From Raillietiella orientalis (lineage: Eukaryota), in NCBI GenBank assembly GCA_036172245.1, contig JAYWIR010000002.1, positions 7,130,001 to 7,194,000 of the forward strand: a stretch of 64,000 nucleotides of DNA, in the 5' to 3' direction. Positions 36,000 to 50,479 of the stretch are shown here, piece by piece (positions within the stretch are counted from its first letter, which is position 1; the number at the start of each line of letters is the position of its first letter). Under the pieces are notes generated by a model. That model was not told the origin of the DNA and did no database searches. It was given only the letters and a program-made list of their open reading frames with translations. A program made the position numbers and the translations under genes.

Positions 36000-38900
36000 T
36001 ACGAGCGTGAAGAAGGCTGGAGGAAGAGTCCTGTGAGAACTCGAGGTCTCTCACATATGCAGGCGCACCGTGGGAGACGCACTATAGTGTGCCTTTCCAG
36101 ATGTGGCACGGCCGGGGAACACCATCTGGTCCATCGGCCAAGCCCATCTCAAACAGCGGCAGCAGACAGAGCCGCACCACTTCCCCTCGGAGGGGGGGAA
36201 GGGGGGGGGGGGAGAGCAGCGTCGTTAACCTGGACCGAACGAAGGGATCACGACGATGGAGGGGTGGGGTGGGGATGCCCTCGAGCACTTTTGATGCCAG
36301 ACTTTTTGGGCAAATCCATCTCAAGATTCCCTTTGATTCTGCTTCCCGGTTCAGACCAGTTCGGGAGCTGTTCGCGCGAGGGCGCCTGGGAGCGCGAGTT
36401 CGGAAGCCATCCGCTCCGACCATGGGCAGCCCTGCCGGCGCCGGTGTCTCTCAGCAAGCCGGCGGATCCTTGCCAGCGCCCCGCCTGATGTCGTCGCCGC
36501 TGGTCGCGAGGGGCTGGTCGCTGCGGGGGACTGCTGCTGCGATGAGAGTGAGCGGTGGCGGGAAGGTGGTGCTCCTGGAGACGGTCGCGCCTCCCGCAAA
36601 GAGCGCTAGCCAAAGGTCGCGCTCCCCTCCCGACTGCTGCTTCTGTGGTAGGGGGGCTGGGATCGAGCCCTCTCTCAACGACTGCCACGTCCCTGGAGGC
36701 CACGTCCAGGGATCGTCCTCCCCGCGCGGTGGATTCTTTGCCGCACGGGAGCTCTGACCGCTTCCCCCTTCCCCTCGTGGTTAGGTGATATGGGCCGCCT
36801 CCTCAGCCTCATTGAAGGGGAGAGATGCCCAAGAGAGGGAACGGTGCCGGCGCGCGCGCGCTTCTCCTTTCTTCCTCCTCCTGCGGCTGTCCAGGCCACT
36901 CCGAGGTAACGTGAGAAGAACGACGTTCCCCTTACCACGGCCGGGTGAGGTGCGGTCGCCCTCCGTCTCTCCCTTTTCTTTTCCCTCCTCTCCTCGCGTT
37001 ATCTCTGGAGGGTAAACAGATGACTCAGCACGGCTTTCTCGTCCCGCTTGGTGCGTGCGCCAGACAATGGGATCCCCTGGAAGCGCCGCCCGGTGCAGAG
37101 TCATCGAAAAACCGGGAGAGCGAGTGAGCGAGCGAGCGACCGCCGTCCGCCCGTCGGAATGCGCGCGGCGGCGGGAGGAGGGGGACAGGAGGACGGACGC
37201 GAGCGATGGGGAGGCCGGTCGCGCGCGTGGGTATTCCCCTCTTTCTGTCGCACACGCAGTGACCAGAAGGTGACTCTCTAGTGCAGCTGAACCCGCCGGT
37301 CAGCCAGTCAGTCCGTCTTCGCCTTTTCCCGTCCAGGGACCGCCCACAGAAAGAAGAGCAGTCAGCAGGAGGAAGAGGAGGAAGAACGAGAGGGAGACGA
37401 GGCCACAGACCGACCGAAGGGAAGGGAGGCGTCTTCAGGTCCGGAGGATGATGGTGAGTGTCTCTTCTCCATCCCTGCCCTCCCTTGCCCCGCTCCATTG
37501 CGGAGGACCCTTGCTTCAGTAGAAGAGGGGAAGAGCCCCGACGAAACCCAGCGCTCGCGTTCCTCCCGTTCCTTACGGAGGCTTTCGCGCTGGGGGCCAA
37601 CCACGATCGTCTTGTCTGGGAGGGCAACCGATCCTGTCGCTTTGGATGTCCGATTTCCCGGCGGGACGAGGAAGGAAGAGAAGGCGCGTAATGTCTTGTC
37701 ACGGCTCGCCTCCAGGTGCCCCTCTTCCCCTGAGCGATGCTCCGCCGCCGAGTTCTGGGATCCTTTACTGCTCCGCCTTCCCGTGCGCCCGCTGATGCGC
37801 TGACTCCTCTCCTTGCGAAAGGGCGGGGGAAGAGGGAGAGAAGATGGTGGCGCTCACCCGCACGGCGATCCGCGTGGGCATCGCCCACAGGAATCCTGGG
37901 TCCAGCAGGGCTTAGGGCATTTGCTTTCCAAAGCCAGCAAATGAGGAAGGGAGGCCCACTATTCTGGATCGGGTGCCCTCCTGGGTCAGCGTCTGCGACG
38001 CAGATTTTCTCCGGGGTCAAGGGGATGGATTCACCATGCAAACTGGGCGGTGCAAGGGCAAGAACACGTGGTGGGAGGAAGCGGATCCGTGAGGGTCGCC
38101 ATCGTGACCCCCCGGGGGCCGAACCAGGGCTCCTCGAGCCGTGGGTGGCATGGGAGTCGGTGCCGTTGGCATTGCTTCCTCCGCAGGAGGTACCACCCAA
38201 AACAGTGAGACGAGGCCACTGCAGCCCGAGGTGGCTCTTGAAGGATGGCAGCCCGTCTTTCTGGTGGGGCCTTCGTTTAAACGCTAGAGGCTCTGGTAAT
38301 CCCGGAGGCAGGCGAGGGCCAACAGGTAGAGGGAACCTTACCTTCTCGCGCACCACCATCTGATGCAGCTTCTGGGCACCCGGTGATGAGATGAAGGTGT
38401 CCCATGCGTACGAAGAGCGGTGCCCTCTACTGCGTGCAGGAGGGGAGCACGGAGTTGCCCAAAGCTCAAGAGCGGGTACTATCAACAGATTCCTCCTGAG
38501 GAAGTCCGGCCCAGCCCTTGTGACCGCGTTCTTGGGGTGGCATCTCCGCCCTGTTGGATTGCCGAGGGGCATTGTAGCTCCCTCGACGGCCTCTCATCCT
38601 GCCGCCTCTCGGCGACCGCCGGTCCTCTCTCGTAGGGCGCACCGGAGGGCGTGAAGAGGGGTGAAAGGGTCCGCTTCCTCGCGTCTTGCTTCACCACCTC
38701 CGTGAGGAGTCGCGCCCACTGTGTTCGAGCAGGGAGGTCATCTTCCTGCCCCAGGGGAGGGTAGGGGACGTGCTTCGACCTGCTTCGACCACAGAGTTAA
38801 CAGAGTCGCATCCTCTGCTTCGCTGACTGTTGCCTTCCCTGAGGGTGTGAGTGCAAAGAGGAGGCATGAGAGCCGCTTCCGTCGCCTGGCCTCCGGGGTC

Positions 38901-39300
38901 ATCCTCCGGAACTGCGAATGTTGTCACACCCTTCACCGCGAGACGGAGGATAGACAAAATAAGTGGAGGGACGCGAGAAAGTAGGCGCGTGATGTCTGCA
39001 GAGCACGCCCGAAATTCTCTCTGCTCCCTCTTCAGAAAGCAAGGGACCGCCGCACGTGGCGAAGAGTTCCTGAGCGCAGGATGCGGAACACTAGGCGCAG
39101 ATATCCCCAGGGTGGATATCGGAGGGACTCAGAGTCTTCAGCTCTCCACACGGGAAGCAGGAGGGGATTTGCAGCTGCCTTTGCCGAAGCTCTCTCCTCT
39201 TCTTTCTCTCCTGCAGAACCCGGAGGTATCGCCCTCGTTCCTGGAAAAAGAGCAGGAGCTTCCTTGGTCAGTGCTCCAGGGGAGATTCCGGTGGCAAGCG
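36000..39300 (-). repeat. Old GC-rich repeat (family B) copy
   Basis: Patchy similarity to 2300-4230 in opposite orientation and to 54640-54800. Confidence 0.3.
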
Positions 39301-39962
39301 TCCACCTACGCTCCTCGCGAAACAAGCGGGAATACGAATGGAAGGGACAGCGGCTGAGCGCTTCCCTGTCCTGCATTGGCGAGACGTGCCCGCCACCGAC
39401 CTAGGAGTCGCTTCTGTCGCACTCCCGCCCGCGTTCGCGACGGTGCGCGATAGACGGCGGAATTTCGAGTCGGGTAAATCCACAGGTGAACGTGTGGTGG
39501 ATCGCCGGAGCATATCCGCTCATCCCTCTCCCTCCGTCCCCGCGTCAGCTCGCGCTTGCTCCATCCACTTGGAACGCGTGGCGGCGCTCGTGGGCTCCTC
39601 AGCGCAGGCTGGGCGTGCGAACTCGTCGCCTGGGTCCAGAAGGAGCGGAGCCGCGCGCCAACTTCCGAGAAGTGCACATTGTTGCGGTCCCACGACGACA
39701 ACAACGGCGCCTAGAGAACGTCTTCCTATCGCCTTCCCGTTTCTCGGAACCTTCCCAAACTCTTCCAGGAAGTCGTCTGAGGCGAAGCGTGCACGGCGCA
39801 TTAGAGTGTCAGCTGTTTCTGTTTGCATTTCAGGAGCCCCTCCTCAGGAGGCGGCGCGGATGAGAGCGGGCTGCGTCGGAGCATCGGCTGGATCTGCTTC
39901 GCTTGCAAGAACCGCGCCAGCAACGAGCGCTCGGAGAGAGCGAGGCGGGGAATACCAAAGAC

Positions 39963-42900
39963 ATGGAGTGCGCCGACGGGTGCTTTCCCGAGAACGTCAC
40001 ACTCGCCCCAGAGTGGTCCCCTGTGCTGCACTACCCGAGGAGCGTGACGATCCTCGCAGCGGCCTGTAGCATCCTGCTGACCGTCGTGGGGATCGCCGGT
40101 AGGAAAAACAGGGGGTGTCTCCGGTCGTTTTCTCGGAAGTACGGAAGATCCGCTGGGGGCCGAAGCAAACAGCGCTGCGAACGCTGGGGACTTGCTTTGC
40201 CCCCGCGCGGACTTGCGTGGGGAAGGGTTGGCCAAAGTACCTCGCCGTCTCAGTCGCGATCAGTGGCGGTTTCCGCCTCATCACCTTCGGGAATGGCCTA
40301 TTGCGAGGGCGGTGGTGAAACCGTGGAATTTTCCGATGCCCTCATCGATCGAGGAAGCAGCTAATCTAAATGTAGCCCTTCGTTTGAATTCAAAATGTGG
40401 AGGGAAAAAAAAGGAAGAAAAGAGCAGATTCCGAATTTCTCACACGTCCGCTCTGCTCTCTGTGCGTTCCCTTCTTTATCCAGCATCTCCAGCAGTGTCG
40501 GAAACCAGGCTTTCACCCCGCGGCGATCCGACGTGATGCTTGCGCGCGGATTCCGACCCACCCGCTCCATCCTGACGCTTCCTGGTTTCCACGAAGGCAA
40601 CTTGGCAACCATACTCGCCCTATGCAGCAACCCGAAGCTGAGGAGGAAGCCGACCACGTCGTTCCTGCTCAGCCTGAGCGTCTCAGACTTTCTGTTTTGT
40701 TGCATAAATCTTCCTCTGACAGCATCCCGCTACATAAACGAGGCCTGGATCTACGGCGAGAACCTCTGTGTGCTGTTCGCATTTTTTTTCTACGGGAATG
40801 TCGCCACGTCCCTCATAAGCATGGTGGCCATCACAATCAACAGGTAGGGGAGCGACTCCATCTTGTTTTTTTTGTTTTTGTTTTTTTGCTTTCCCCCCCT
40901 TGCATATTGCGGAGATCTTACGGTTCGTTTCCTGATTTCCGGTAGAGTCTGGCATTCGAATAGGGAAGATCTGGGTTGCAGGGTTGTGGGAAGCAGACGA
41001 AGTCGCGTCTTCGCACAAGGGAGACATGACACCTCAATCCATGGTCGGGCGACTCTCCTCCTCCCCCATTCACTTTGGATGAGATCAACGAGGAAGGGAG
41101 GAGGAAGGTCGGTTGAATCGTAAGGGTCAAGAGCGATCCGCCGCAGGCGCCTCTTCGTGCGCATGCGAGCCTGCGTCCGGAGCCCAGCTCCAGCCCAACC
41201 GTCTCGGCGTTTGCGTCGAATGAACAGCACGTCCCCGAGGTGTCACAGCTGCACCAACGAGCACACCTCAAGCTGGCTCCAGAATCCGCGAGACCGAGAC
41301 GATGAACGGACGTGTCCCCCGTTGGTTTCGGTGAGGGAGGAGTCACCCGTCCTTCCAGCGATTTGTTTCCTTCGATCATCGAGATTTTCCGGAAGGGATG
41401 CTGATTCCTCCGTAAAACGTCTTTCTGATTGAAAATTTGGTTTCGAAGGAAGAGAATGGACCCGAATCATCGTTGCTACGGTTCGTCTTCTCGCTTGGTT
41501 CCGGGGCAAAGGTTCGCCAGAGAGGCGAAAAATTCGGAGGGAAGCTGCAGCTGGGGCCCAGAGATTTGATCCGCGAAGATCTCAGATTAAGTTTGATGAA
41601 GAAGACTCCTGCAGCACTCCACGGAAATCGATCTGGCTGCTTCCGGGATGCTGCCGTGCATCCCTACAGCGCTCTCCGAGCGTTCGTCGATCTTGGTTGT
41701 TTCCCCCCTACAAATCTCAGGGAACGCACTGAGACGTTCCCTGAGATTCTTTGTAGAAACTTGATAAAGGCAGATTGCTTGACTGATTGAAAACTGTGCG
41801 ACTGTTCCAGGAGGGGTCGCTAGGGTTTCTTGGGTGACTCATTGGGAATGCCACTGCCGCCATCGCGGCAGCGTTTCGAGCCTCGTCATTGCTTCGTGAG
41901 GGATAGGGACGCGATTCCCCAATGCAGCGAGCAACGAGCTCGGTGGTGCAGCAGCACCTCGGAAGACGGAAAAGCTGGGGTCCTCTGAGATCCCCAAGCG
42001 CTGGTTATCGCAGAGCAGCAGCAGACCCGCGCGACTCCTTGGCTACCTTCTTCCGCTCTCTGGTTCGACGGATTCAGGTGGATCGGCCGGAGTGAAAGTA
42101 GGCCGGAACGGTCTCCAGAAAAACGGGAAACCTCTCTCTGGTGGAACCAGACGCAAGGGCCAGTTTCTAATCTTTGCGACGGATTGCTGCTGCTTTTCAC
42201 GGAATCTCCAGAATTAGCTGTCCCTCTGATGCTCTCTCTTCTCCACCGCTTCACAGCTAATCCACGGGAGCCCCCAGACTTCCCCAAAGATCCAACCTCC
42301 GGAACACCCAAGCACAAGTGCTCCCCCGCTATTCGATTTCGTCTTGGAGTTTTCCCCTGCGCTCGGCTGAGCCCTCGTCTGCGAAATCTCCGAGGTCACG
42401 CGCTCTTTCGGCCGCTCAAACGTCCAATGAAACCACGATCTCCACGAGACCCGCGTGCAGGAAAGACCTATGACCAGTGTTTTCCATAGATGCGTTTTCG
42501 AAGGGTTCGTTCGCCAGCTTGCAAGGTGAGGGCAGGTCGGAGGCTCCACCCTCCACGATGGACCTGCGCTGAGTAGGCATCCGGAGTCCTCCGACCCGAC
42601 AAAGTGGAGGGCACGAAAGCGGAGGCACTCCCACTCTGTTCGCCGAAGATGCGGCGGCTTCATCTTGAAAGTGTGGCACAGGAAAGGCGGCAGTTGCAGG
42701 GCATCTCCAAGGAGTCACTGGAACATTGCTAATGGACAAATTGACGAGAGAAACCATCCACCGGGGAAGGGAGGGGGGCAACAGAAACTCCTTCATTGGT
42801 TGCCTTTATCCGAGCTCCGCCTATAGGCGATTGGCGGAATCGCCCCTGCGCTTCGGGCGCAGAGGCGAGGGCGGTTTCCGGAAACTGCCCCAGCCGCGCG

Positions 42901-45412
42901 GCAGGTTCCCATCAAAAGCTCCTGCGGGAAATGCGGATGTGTTCCACTCTGTGCTCCCAGTCGGATTTCAGCCCAAGAGGACAACGCGCCATCCACGGAG
43001 TGTGCTGCTCGAGTGTGGAGCATCCATCGAGACCCTCTGCTTGCGTCACGTGAAATAGAACCCGGGTTGGTTGCGCACGAGAACGTGGGAGGAAGATGGT
43101 CTTTCCGGAAGAATGGGAGCGTCCCGTTTCTGGCACGGCGTGATCGAATGCGTGGCGATGCCATGGGGGAAATTTTCACGTCAAGTTTCGAGAATCCGAC
43201 TCGCTGCGCCAGGACCCACAGCTTTCCTTATCGCACCGGAGAGGGCGCTGTGCACTCTGGAGGTGTCCAGTACCTCAAGTTTTTTCCCCGTCGCGATCTC
43301 CTGAAAGCGTCCAGGGTCCATGAGATCCGAACCTCCGGCGCACTAGAGACCACGTGGTGTAACTGCACGGTCTTTCGCGTTTCCATGGAGAACTCTTACA
43401 AATTTCAGAAATTCTGCTCGTATTGCTTGAACGGCAATGCAAAAAATTTGCTGTTTTCTTTCGCACTCAAGTGCAGCTCTGTCTAAAAACAGCTGCTTTC
43501 TGCAAACTTCAGTTGAATTGATTGCTGATCTTAACGATGGACCATAAAAAAACAACATATGCGTATGCATACATATATGAGCACGTAATTGATTGACCAT
43601 GAAAAATGTGGATATGTTTCACAGTTTAAAATACATAGTTGAATTTTTTGGATCGTTGGCGAAATTTCTAAAAAAACAAAAAGACAAAAAGAAGAAGGAG
43701 AAGAAGATGAAAGAAGGAAAGAAAGAAAAGCGAAAATTGAGGATAGAGGTTGAAAACACCCGGCTGTGTGCATTTACGGTGGCGCTTTTCACATGACCGT
43801 TGCAAGAGTTCCGATGGAGTTTTCTTGTTTTGCTCAAAAGCTTTCTTGAAAGATCCAGGGTCCAACCTCTCTTTGGGTTTGGATTGGGTTCTTTGGGTTT
43901 TCCACGATCCGGACTTGGGGCCGGTCCAAATTTTCAATAGTCTTTTCTAGGCTGTGCATTCAAATCTTTTCAAGTGATGATTGGATGCTCAAGCGTTGCT
44001 GACATGAATCCGCATTTAGAAACGAAGATCATGTTCACTTGGAATCAAAGTCCTAAAGATTCTGTTGATGACTTTCGATTCATGGTACTGTGAGTCTTCT
44101 TCGCGCAAACCGCCCTTTTGTTTTCCAAACCTTTCGAGAGCAAGACGTTCAGGTCCCTGTTTCTGAGTAAGTGGTCCTCCTTACGGGAGAATCGCCCTAA
44201 GATGTGTGACTGGTTTGCCGTGCTGTAGGAGATGCTTCATTCAGAAGTGGACACGACTGAAAGAGAACAGGTAGCCACCTGGAATTCCATGGATTTAAGA
44301 GTTCTGAACAAGAGAACAGTGGAGAATGTTAACGTTTTTTTTTTTTTTTGTCGAGCATGTTTTTTCAATATCTACTTTTTGATGCTACTTGCACCGTCCA
44401 CCTCAAATATTTGACATCTACTTTTCCTAAATCGATGTCGAGATCATGGACCAGAGGTTCCGAATTCTCACTATGAACTGCTTTACAAGGTTGAAAAATT
44501 TCATTTCGCAGCAGCAAAAGGAAAAAAAAAAAAAAAAGCAAGGAAACTGTGCATGTTGTTTACGCGGTGCCTTCTTTTGCTGGAATTGCACAACAACACT
44601 CCGTCTTTTCTTCGTTAGGTATGTGCTTGTTGTGCACAATCATCTGTATTCGAGCTTGTACCAGCCATTGAATACCTTCCTTATGATCGCCTTCGTGTGG
44701 ATATTCAGTTTCAGTCTTCTCACCCCGACTCTGTTCAAGACTTGGGGGCAGTACGGATTGAATCCTTCGACATTCTCTTGCACCATTTTGGAGAAAAACG
44801 GAAGATCACCCAAGAAGGTTCTTTTCATCATTGCATTTCTCCTGCCATCCTTAGTGATTATAGCGTCTTACACTCTGATCTACGCAAAAGTCAGAAGCAG
44901 CCGGAAGCGAGTGTTGTCATACAGGTAACCAATTCTTCAGAAAAGTTACTGCTAAGCGTAGGTGCTCAGAGGTACCATCAACCACAGCAACAGTGAATCT
45001 TACAATTTCCTGGAAATGAAGCACAAGCAGGAAGAAATGAGGCTCACGAAACTCGTGATGATCATCTTTGCGTCATTCGTCACGTGTTTCCTCCCGCTCA
45101 TGATAATGAATGTGGTTTGGGATGAGGTGAGTGGACGTTTCCAAAGGGACCTGGATGTGCACCGTTTGTATCCAGTCCGTTTTTCCAACTCTGCACATCT
45201 TGGCCTCCATCCTTGCGTGGTCATCGAGCGTCATCAATCCGCTCATTTACGCCATAAGCAACAAGCAGTATCGGACAGCGTGCATCGGACTCCTGACCCT
45301 TTGCTTGTCCTCGCAAGTTAGAGGGACGGAATCCAATGCTTCGGACAGAGACTGCCAGCAATGTGTTCTCGAACTGTATTCTGCATCTGGGCTGAATGCC
45401 ACCAGCTATTAG
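39963..45412 (+). CDS. Tre1: Rhodopsin-family GPCR, Tre1 (trapped in endoderm 1)/Moody group. Exons 39963-40098, 40597-40843, 44619-44924, 44970-45126, 45176-45412; 360 aa
   Basis: Seven hydrophobic segments: GN in TM1, SLSVSD in TM2, FFYGNVATSLISMVAITINRY (NRY instead of DRY), TFSCTIL, CFLPLM, LHILASILAWSSSVINPLIYA. These blocks are closer to Drosophila Tre1 than to Moody as I recall them. GT-AG introns are phase-consistent (1,2,2,0). Confidence 0.9.
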
Positions 45413-47648
45413 GAGGGTGGATTGCTGATTTGATTCGTCTCTGCGGGACAATTCCTGAAGAGACCATGACAGCTCAATAGGCTCTTAGAGGAACAGCTGG
45501 TCCTATGCTCAGACTCGGATCCTTCGAAAGCCCCCCAGTCGTTTGTAAGTTCATCCCCATGATCTTTGGAACCAGGGGAACGTTATAATCAGATATGCTT
45601 TACTTGTTGATGCGTTTCAAATAAACTATCCAGCTTTGTTGAAATCCTGTTGGTCTTCAGCGGGCACTTTTGTTCGGGAAGTTAAGGACACTTCTGCTTC
45701 CAGACAGGGCTTGAAAGGGAACATCCACTCCAGAACCTGTCTTGTCTTTTTTTCCAAAACGAAACTCACGAAGAGGAAAACCCGCCCTCACTCTCGCCTT
45801 TCTGTCCTGCCTGGGATCTCACTTTCATCTTATGATGAGTTGCTTCCGTGACTGGCCTCTGACCTTGTTTGCACACGGAAAAGGGGGGGAAGGATGTAGG
45901 GAAAGTACAGAATCAAGGCTTGGATTCTCTTCTAAGGGAGCTCCGGACTTGAGGGTTTCAAGGAGCAGCAAATATTGTAGAATTCTGGATGGGAGTAGCG
46001 GAATTTCTAAAACATGAAGTAGAATCCCAGTTTCAAGGATGCTGGGAGCGAGTGTTGTCATAGAGGTAACCTGCTGGGATTATTGTGGATGAAGAGGTGT
46101 ACTTGTTTCTGTGCGCAAAGCTTGTCTTCTGGAAGATGTTTCTTGGTGTAGGACTAAAATCAGTCTGGTTGCGAGTTGCGGATTGGCGTTACTCGATGTT
46201 TCTCTTGGTCGCTGCAAACTCGTTAGGATCGGAGAGTTACTTTGAAAAGAATTCCCTGATTGGTCGCGTCCATTGGAAATTCTGTGGATGCCCTGGTGCA
46301 CCACCAGAGGGAAGCGTGGGAAGCACGTCCGTGTATAGGCTTCTTCGCCTGCTAAGAGAGGGACGTACGGGAGTAGAACTTCAGGCGCCGCACCCTACGG
46401 CCAAGCAGAACATCTCTCTAGAAGGAGGGAGAATCGCCTTGGAACGCTCGTAGCGCCCCACGCCGTTTGCTCTCCCGCTGGCAAGAACAATCCGATTGCA
46501 CAGACGAGGAAGGAGGGAAAGGAAAATCGAGGGAAGAAGGACACACCTCGCAGGTGCGCCGGCGCCTGGATGTTTTCTATGACGAGTCTTCGCTGCAAGA
46601 GTTTCGCACTCCCTCTGTGAAGAAGAGCAGATCCAAGTGAGCGAGGCGGCATTCGCTGGCAAGCCGGATGCAAGAGATGCGGTGCCATGCGTTTCGCACT
46701 CGCACAGAAGCGGTACAGACCAAGGGCGTTTCGGAAGGGGGAGGGCAGTCATTCGCTTTCTCAGCAGCAGGTGGGATCTCAGGAGGGAAGCATCTCGGAA
46801 GGACATGCGACTTTCCATCCGCAGTTTGAGAAGACAAATAAGGATGAAACGCGATCCTCGGATGTTTGGCAGAGGGGACAATCCTCGTCTGAAGTCTTTG
46901 CTGAAGCAGTATGATGTCCTTTCTGAGGTACTCACGAAATGCTGCAGCATGGAAGGGTGTGGCTTCGGATTCGAAGCAGCCAGCAGTACCAGACGAAGGA
47001 AACCGCGCTGTCTTGTGCGTCCAGCAACTCACTCCGGGGACTGAGAACGTCCCGGTGCCGTCCTCCTAGCGTACCGCACTCCTGCACGGTACACTAGGAC
47101 AAACAGTGCAAAACGTGCTCCTATACGTTTTGCAGTGTTTCGGCAAGTTCTGCCATTTCTCATTGAAAAACGACAGTGGTCGAGCTGAGATTCGGCTGCT
47201 GGTGCTGCCTGGGGGACAGTTTCCGTCGTACTGAGTCAGGAGCGTGCATCACGACTATCCCTCCTGGGGCAGAAGCATGTGCTTCCGTTTCAGGGAAAGT
47301 GATTCTGGGGAGATACGGGGAATCGGGAATTTTCCCTCCTCATCGGAGCAAAATCGCCAGGTGTTCGGGGACTTGGGGTTCCTGTTTTCTGGAGCTAATT
47401 GTCCCTCACCACGAGAGGAAAAAATCTGCTGCTTTAGCGGAAGGCAGCAGGAAATAACACTTCTGGACCTGGTTCGAACCGCAGGGCAAACAGAACTTCT
47501 CGCCGCTACATTTTGCGGCATCATTTGCCCTTTGCTCCCGAGAGCCCCACGTTGACTTTCATGTGACGCAAGCTCGAGTGGAGGATGATCTCTCCGATCC
47601 GTTGAACTGCTAAGACCTGGGAGTTCCTTTAGCGCAGCGATGGACGAA

Positions 47649-48342
47649 ACGCGCAAGACAACCAGCAGCGCCGGCGGAAGCACGCCGTTGTTGTCTTGGC
47701 AATTCCAAGTGAAGGGGAACGTCAAGAAGAGAAGGGACCCATGGCGACGACATCAGGGCGTCGGACGCGCGGCCGACGAACCTCCAGGCCCACGCGCGCG
47801 CAACTCAGCGCAAGGTGGAGCGCCCCCATCCCTCGTGGAAAGAGCATCCGTGTCGGGATCCGAAGACCAGGTCGTGCGTTGCCACGCACGACGCATCTCC
47901 GACTCGACGGCGGACGCGACCCTCTCGATTCGCGCGCATCCCGGGTCGGATTCGCCCGTGCGACCTCGGCCGGCGGCGGCGGCGGCGGCGGCGACCATCG
48001 CCTGTGCGGGAGAGGCGGGGAAGATGAGAAGAATCGCCTGCCCGGATGACGCCTCCGCAGCCGGACGGCGCTGGCGCGACGAGCCGGCCACTCCGACCGG
48101 GAGGACGACACCGCAACACCGGGAGCTGGCAGCCGCGCCAGCCACGCCGTTTCCTGAAGTGGGCTCGGTGCGGCAGGCGGAAGGGAGGGATCGTGCTGGA
48201 CGTCGCCTGCCCTGCGACTACTCGGCAAGGGCGTGAAGGCTCCCGGGTTTTGGGGTTCCCCAGGAGAGGGCGGAGCTGAAGAAAAGAGTCGGCTTGCTGG
48301 AGCTTTAACGGTTTTCCCAGTATCCTCATTAAGAGTGTCGGA
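47649..48342 (+). repeat. 694-bp inverted repeat, left arm
   Basis: Reverse complement of 57978-58671. The ORF track gives identical translations for both arms. I saw one mismatch, near the end. Confidence 0.95.
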
Positions 48343-48439
48343 CGGGGGGGAGAAGAACCCCTGAAAAACGACAAATGCCAAAAAAAAAAGTTCATCTTGA
48401 ATAACCGCCGGCACTTAGGCCGGTTTGCAGTAAGTAGGG

Positions 48440-49450
48440 AACGAGGGAAAGGGACAATAAATAAATAAAAATAGACGGGAGGATAAGATCGGTTGAAGGA
48501 GTTTCTTTCCTTCTGGAAGCGGCACAGGACGGTGGCGATCTCCCTGGCGGCTTCTTCAGACAAATGAGGCCACCTTAGTGCTGTCCTCATGAGGACAAAA
48601 AATACTGGTGGCCTCCCTTCGCCGCGAACCGGACTTGGCGTGGCGGGCTATCACTATGGCGCGGAGGCAACCGATCGTTGCGCCTTCTTCGGTCCGTTTT
48701 CTGTGAAGAATCGTCGCAGCAGGTCCTTAGCAGTGTCCTGCGGTCGACGGAGCTCCGAAACGAGTCGCCACCACAAGTCCTCGAGGGCACTGCAGTCTAG
48801 CAGGAGGTGTGGGAACGATCCCATCACCCCACACCTGGAACAGTTCGGGAGGCAACTCCCCCGAAAACTGGGTGCCTGCGCTTACTGCACGGGAATCCCC
48901 GGTTCAGAAACAGCAGGACATCCTGTGGTTTCCACAGGAGCGGGAATACGGAGGTGTGTCCACTCACTTCTTCGGGGGCGCACCAAGCAGTTCACTCCAC
49001 CGAAGGAGTCCCTTTGCTCGGAAGGATACCAAGGGAAAACTTGCCGATCGTCTCAGGAAGGAAATGGCATGTAGTGGAGTAGAATGCCACTCTGACGGGT
49101 TATCCGCAGCCCACGGAGGAACACTCTGAGATTAAGGGCACCGCTGGAAGAGTAAGATTATTGGAAAGCAAAACAAGAGCGAAAATGTCCTCAGCGAATC
49201 AAGAGGATGGATCACTGGAAACCTTTAACGGCGAGGAATGTCCTCACAAGCGGTTGTGAGGAATTCCTGTCCTCGGGAACTGGATCGCTGACGAGGGAAT
49301 CAAAGGGATAGAATGAAGAGTGAAACCGTGGGAACTAGCACGGGAAATTCCATTTGGAACCAGAATAGAAAAACACGAAGGGGCACTTCTTCCTCACTTT
49401 TGAATTCTTTATCTCCTCTCCAACACGTCACAAGGGAGGAGATAATTGCC
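48440..49450 (-). mobile_element. Diverged family A-like internally deleted copy
   Basis: Reverse strand near 48765-48843 reads CSRCGVMGSFPHLLLDCSALEDLW. 48980-49300 resembles the 5' repeat block. Confidence 0.55.
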
Positions 49451-50479
49451 GTGGATCGGGATAATCCTTCATGACCACAAACAGCACCGCGTTGCCTTGG
49501 GATCTTCTGGTTAATTCCCATCATTAGAAGGCGCCCTGTTCCTCGAAGAACCGGATGATCCCATGTAAACAAAGCAGTGTTTCCACCTTCTTGATTTTGT
49601 CCCGTCTTAATACTTTGATTGTCGTTCAAACAAGGAAGAGCCTATAAAAGGAGAGCGGAGGGTTTGGCAGCGGACCGAAAGGATTCATCGAGGACCAGCT
49701 GCCCGAGGAACCAAAGCCCTGAGTGTGACGGGAACATCCGGAAAGGTGAGTTGCTTTCATTCCACTTTGTTCTTTGCTTGCTTGTCCAAGGAGTGGGCAA
49801 ACCTTCGATTCCCTCTGGGAAAAGATGTTCTCCTGTCACCATCTCGTGTGCAGCTCCCCCCTAGCGGCGTGCTGGATGTTGCTGGAGAGGGTGAACGCGT
49901 GGCTGGTGTTTCCAAGAGCGGTGGTGGTGAAGGGGGGTTCTTGAAGCAGCTCGCTTGGCCGATCTGCAAGGGAAGGCGGGCTCCGAGCTCCATCACCGGA
50001 CGCTGGCGGCGGCACAAGAGGCTCCCGTCCGTTAAGCACACACGGCGGTAGATCGGCAGCTTCGAGGACCTCTGGAAGGAAAACGAAACCCAGCAGGGGG
50101 AACTTCCGGCAAAGGAAAAATTTCCGCAGCCTCTAAAAACAATGCAGATGAGAAACAAAGCGCGGATTGTACGCGATCGCGCATCCAAAAAAAGGGGGGG
50201 GGGGGGAAAGATCAGATGGGAAAAATAGAATGGAATTTCTCGAATTTTCCTCTTTAGAATCATGGCGCGAATCGTCATCGCTTCCAGCACCGTCTTATCG
50301 TGTCCGTTCTCATAGGCACGCTGGACGTCGGTCCAGCATGGCCCCGCCCATCTGTCTCCCACGCCGAGCCCTCTTTTTTTTTTTTTTTTTTTTTGGTTCG
50401 CTAAGTACCTCAGAGCCGGTCGCGTGCCTCGCGGCGCGCGTGGCTCTTTTTAAACATTAACACACTGTTTTGTTTCCAC

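Noticed and set aside
37025..38572. 515-aa minus-strand ORF
   Set aside because: No recognisable motif. It lies in a decayed GC-rich repeat and its composition is typical of a shadow ORF.
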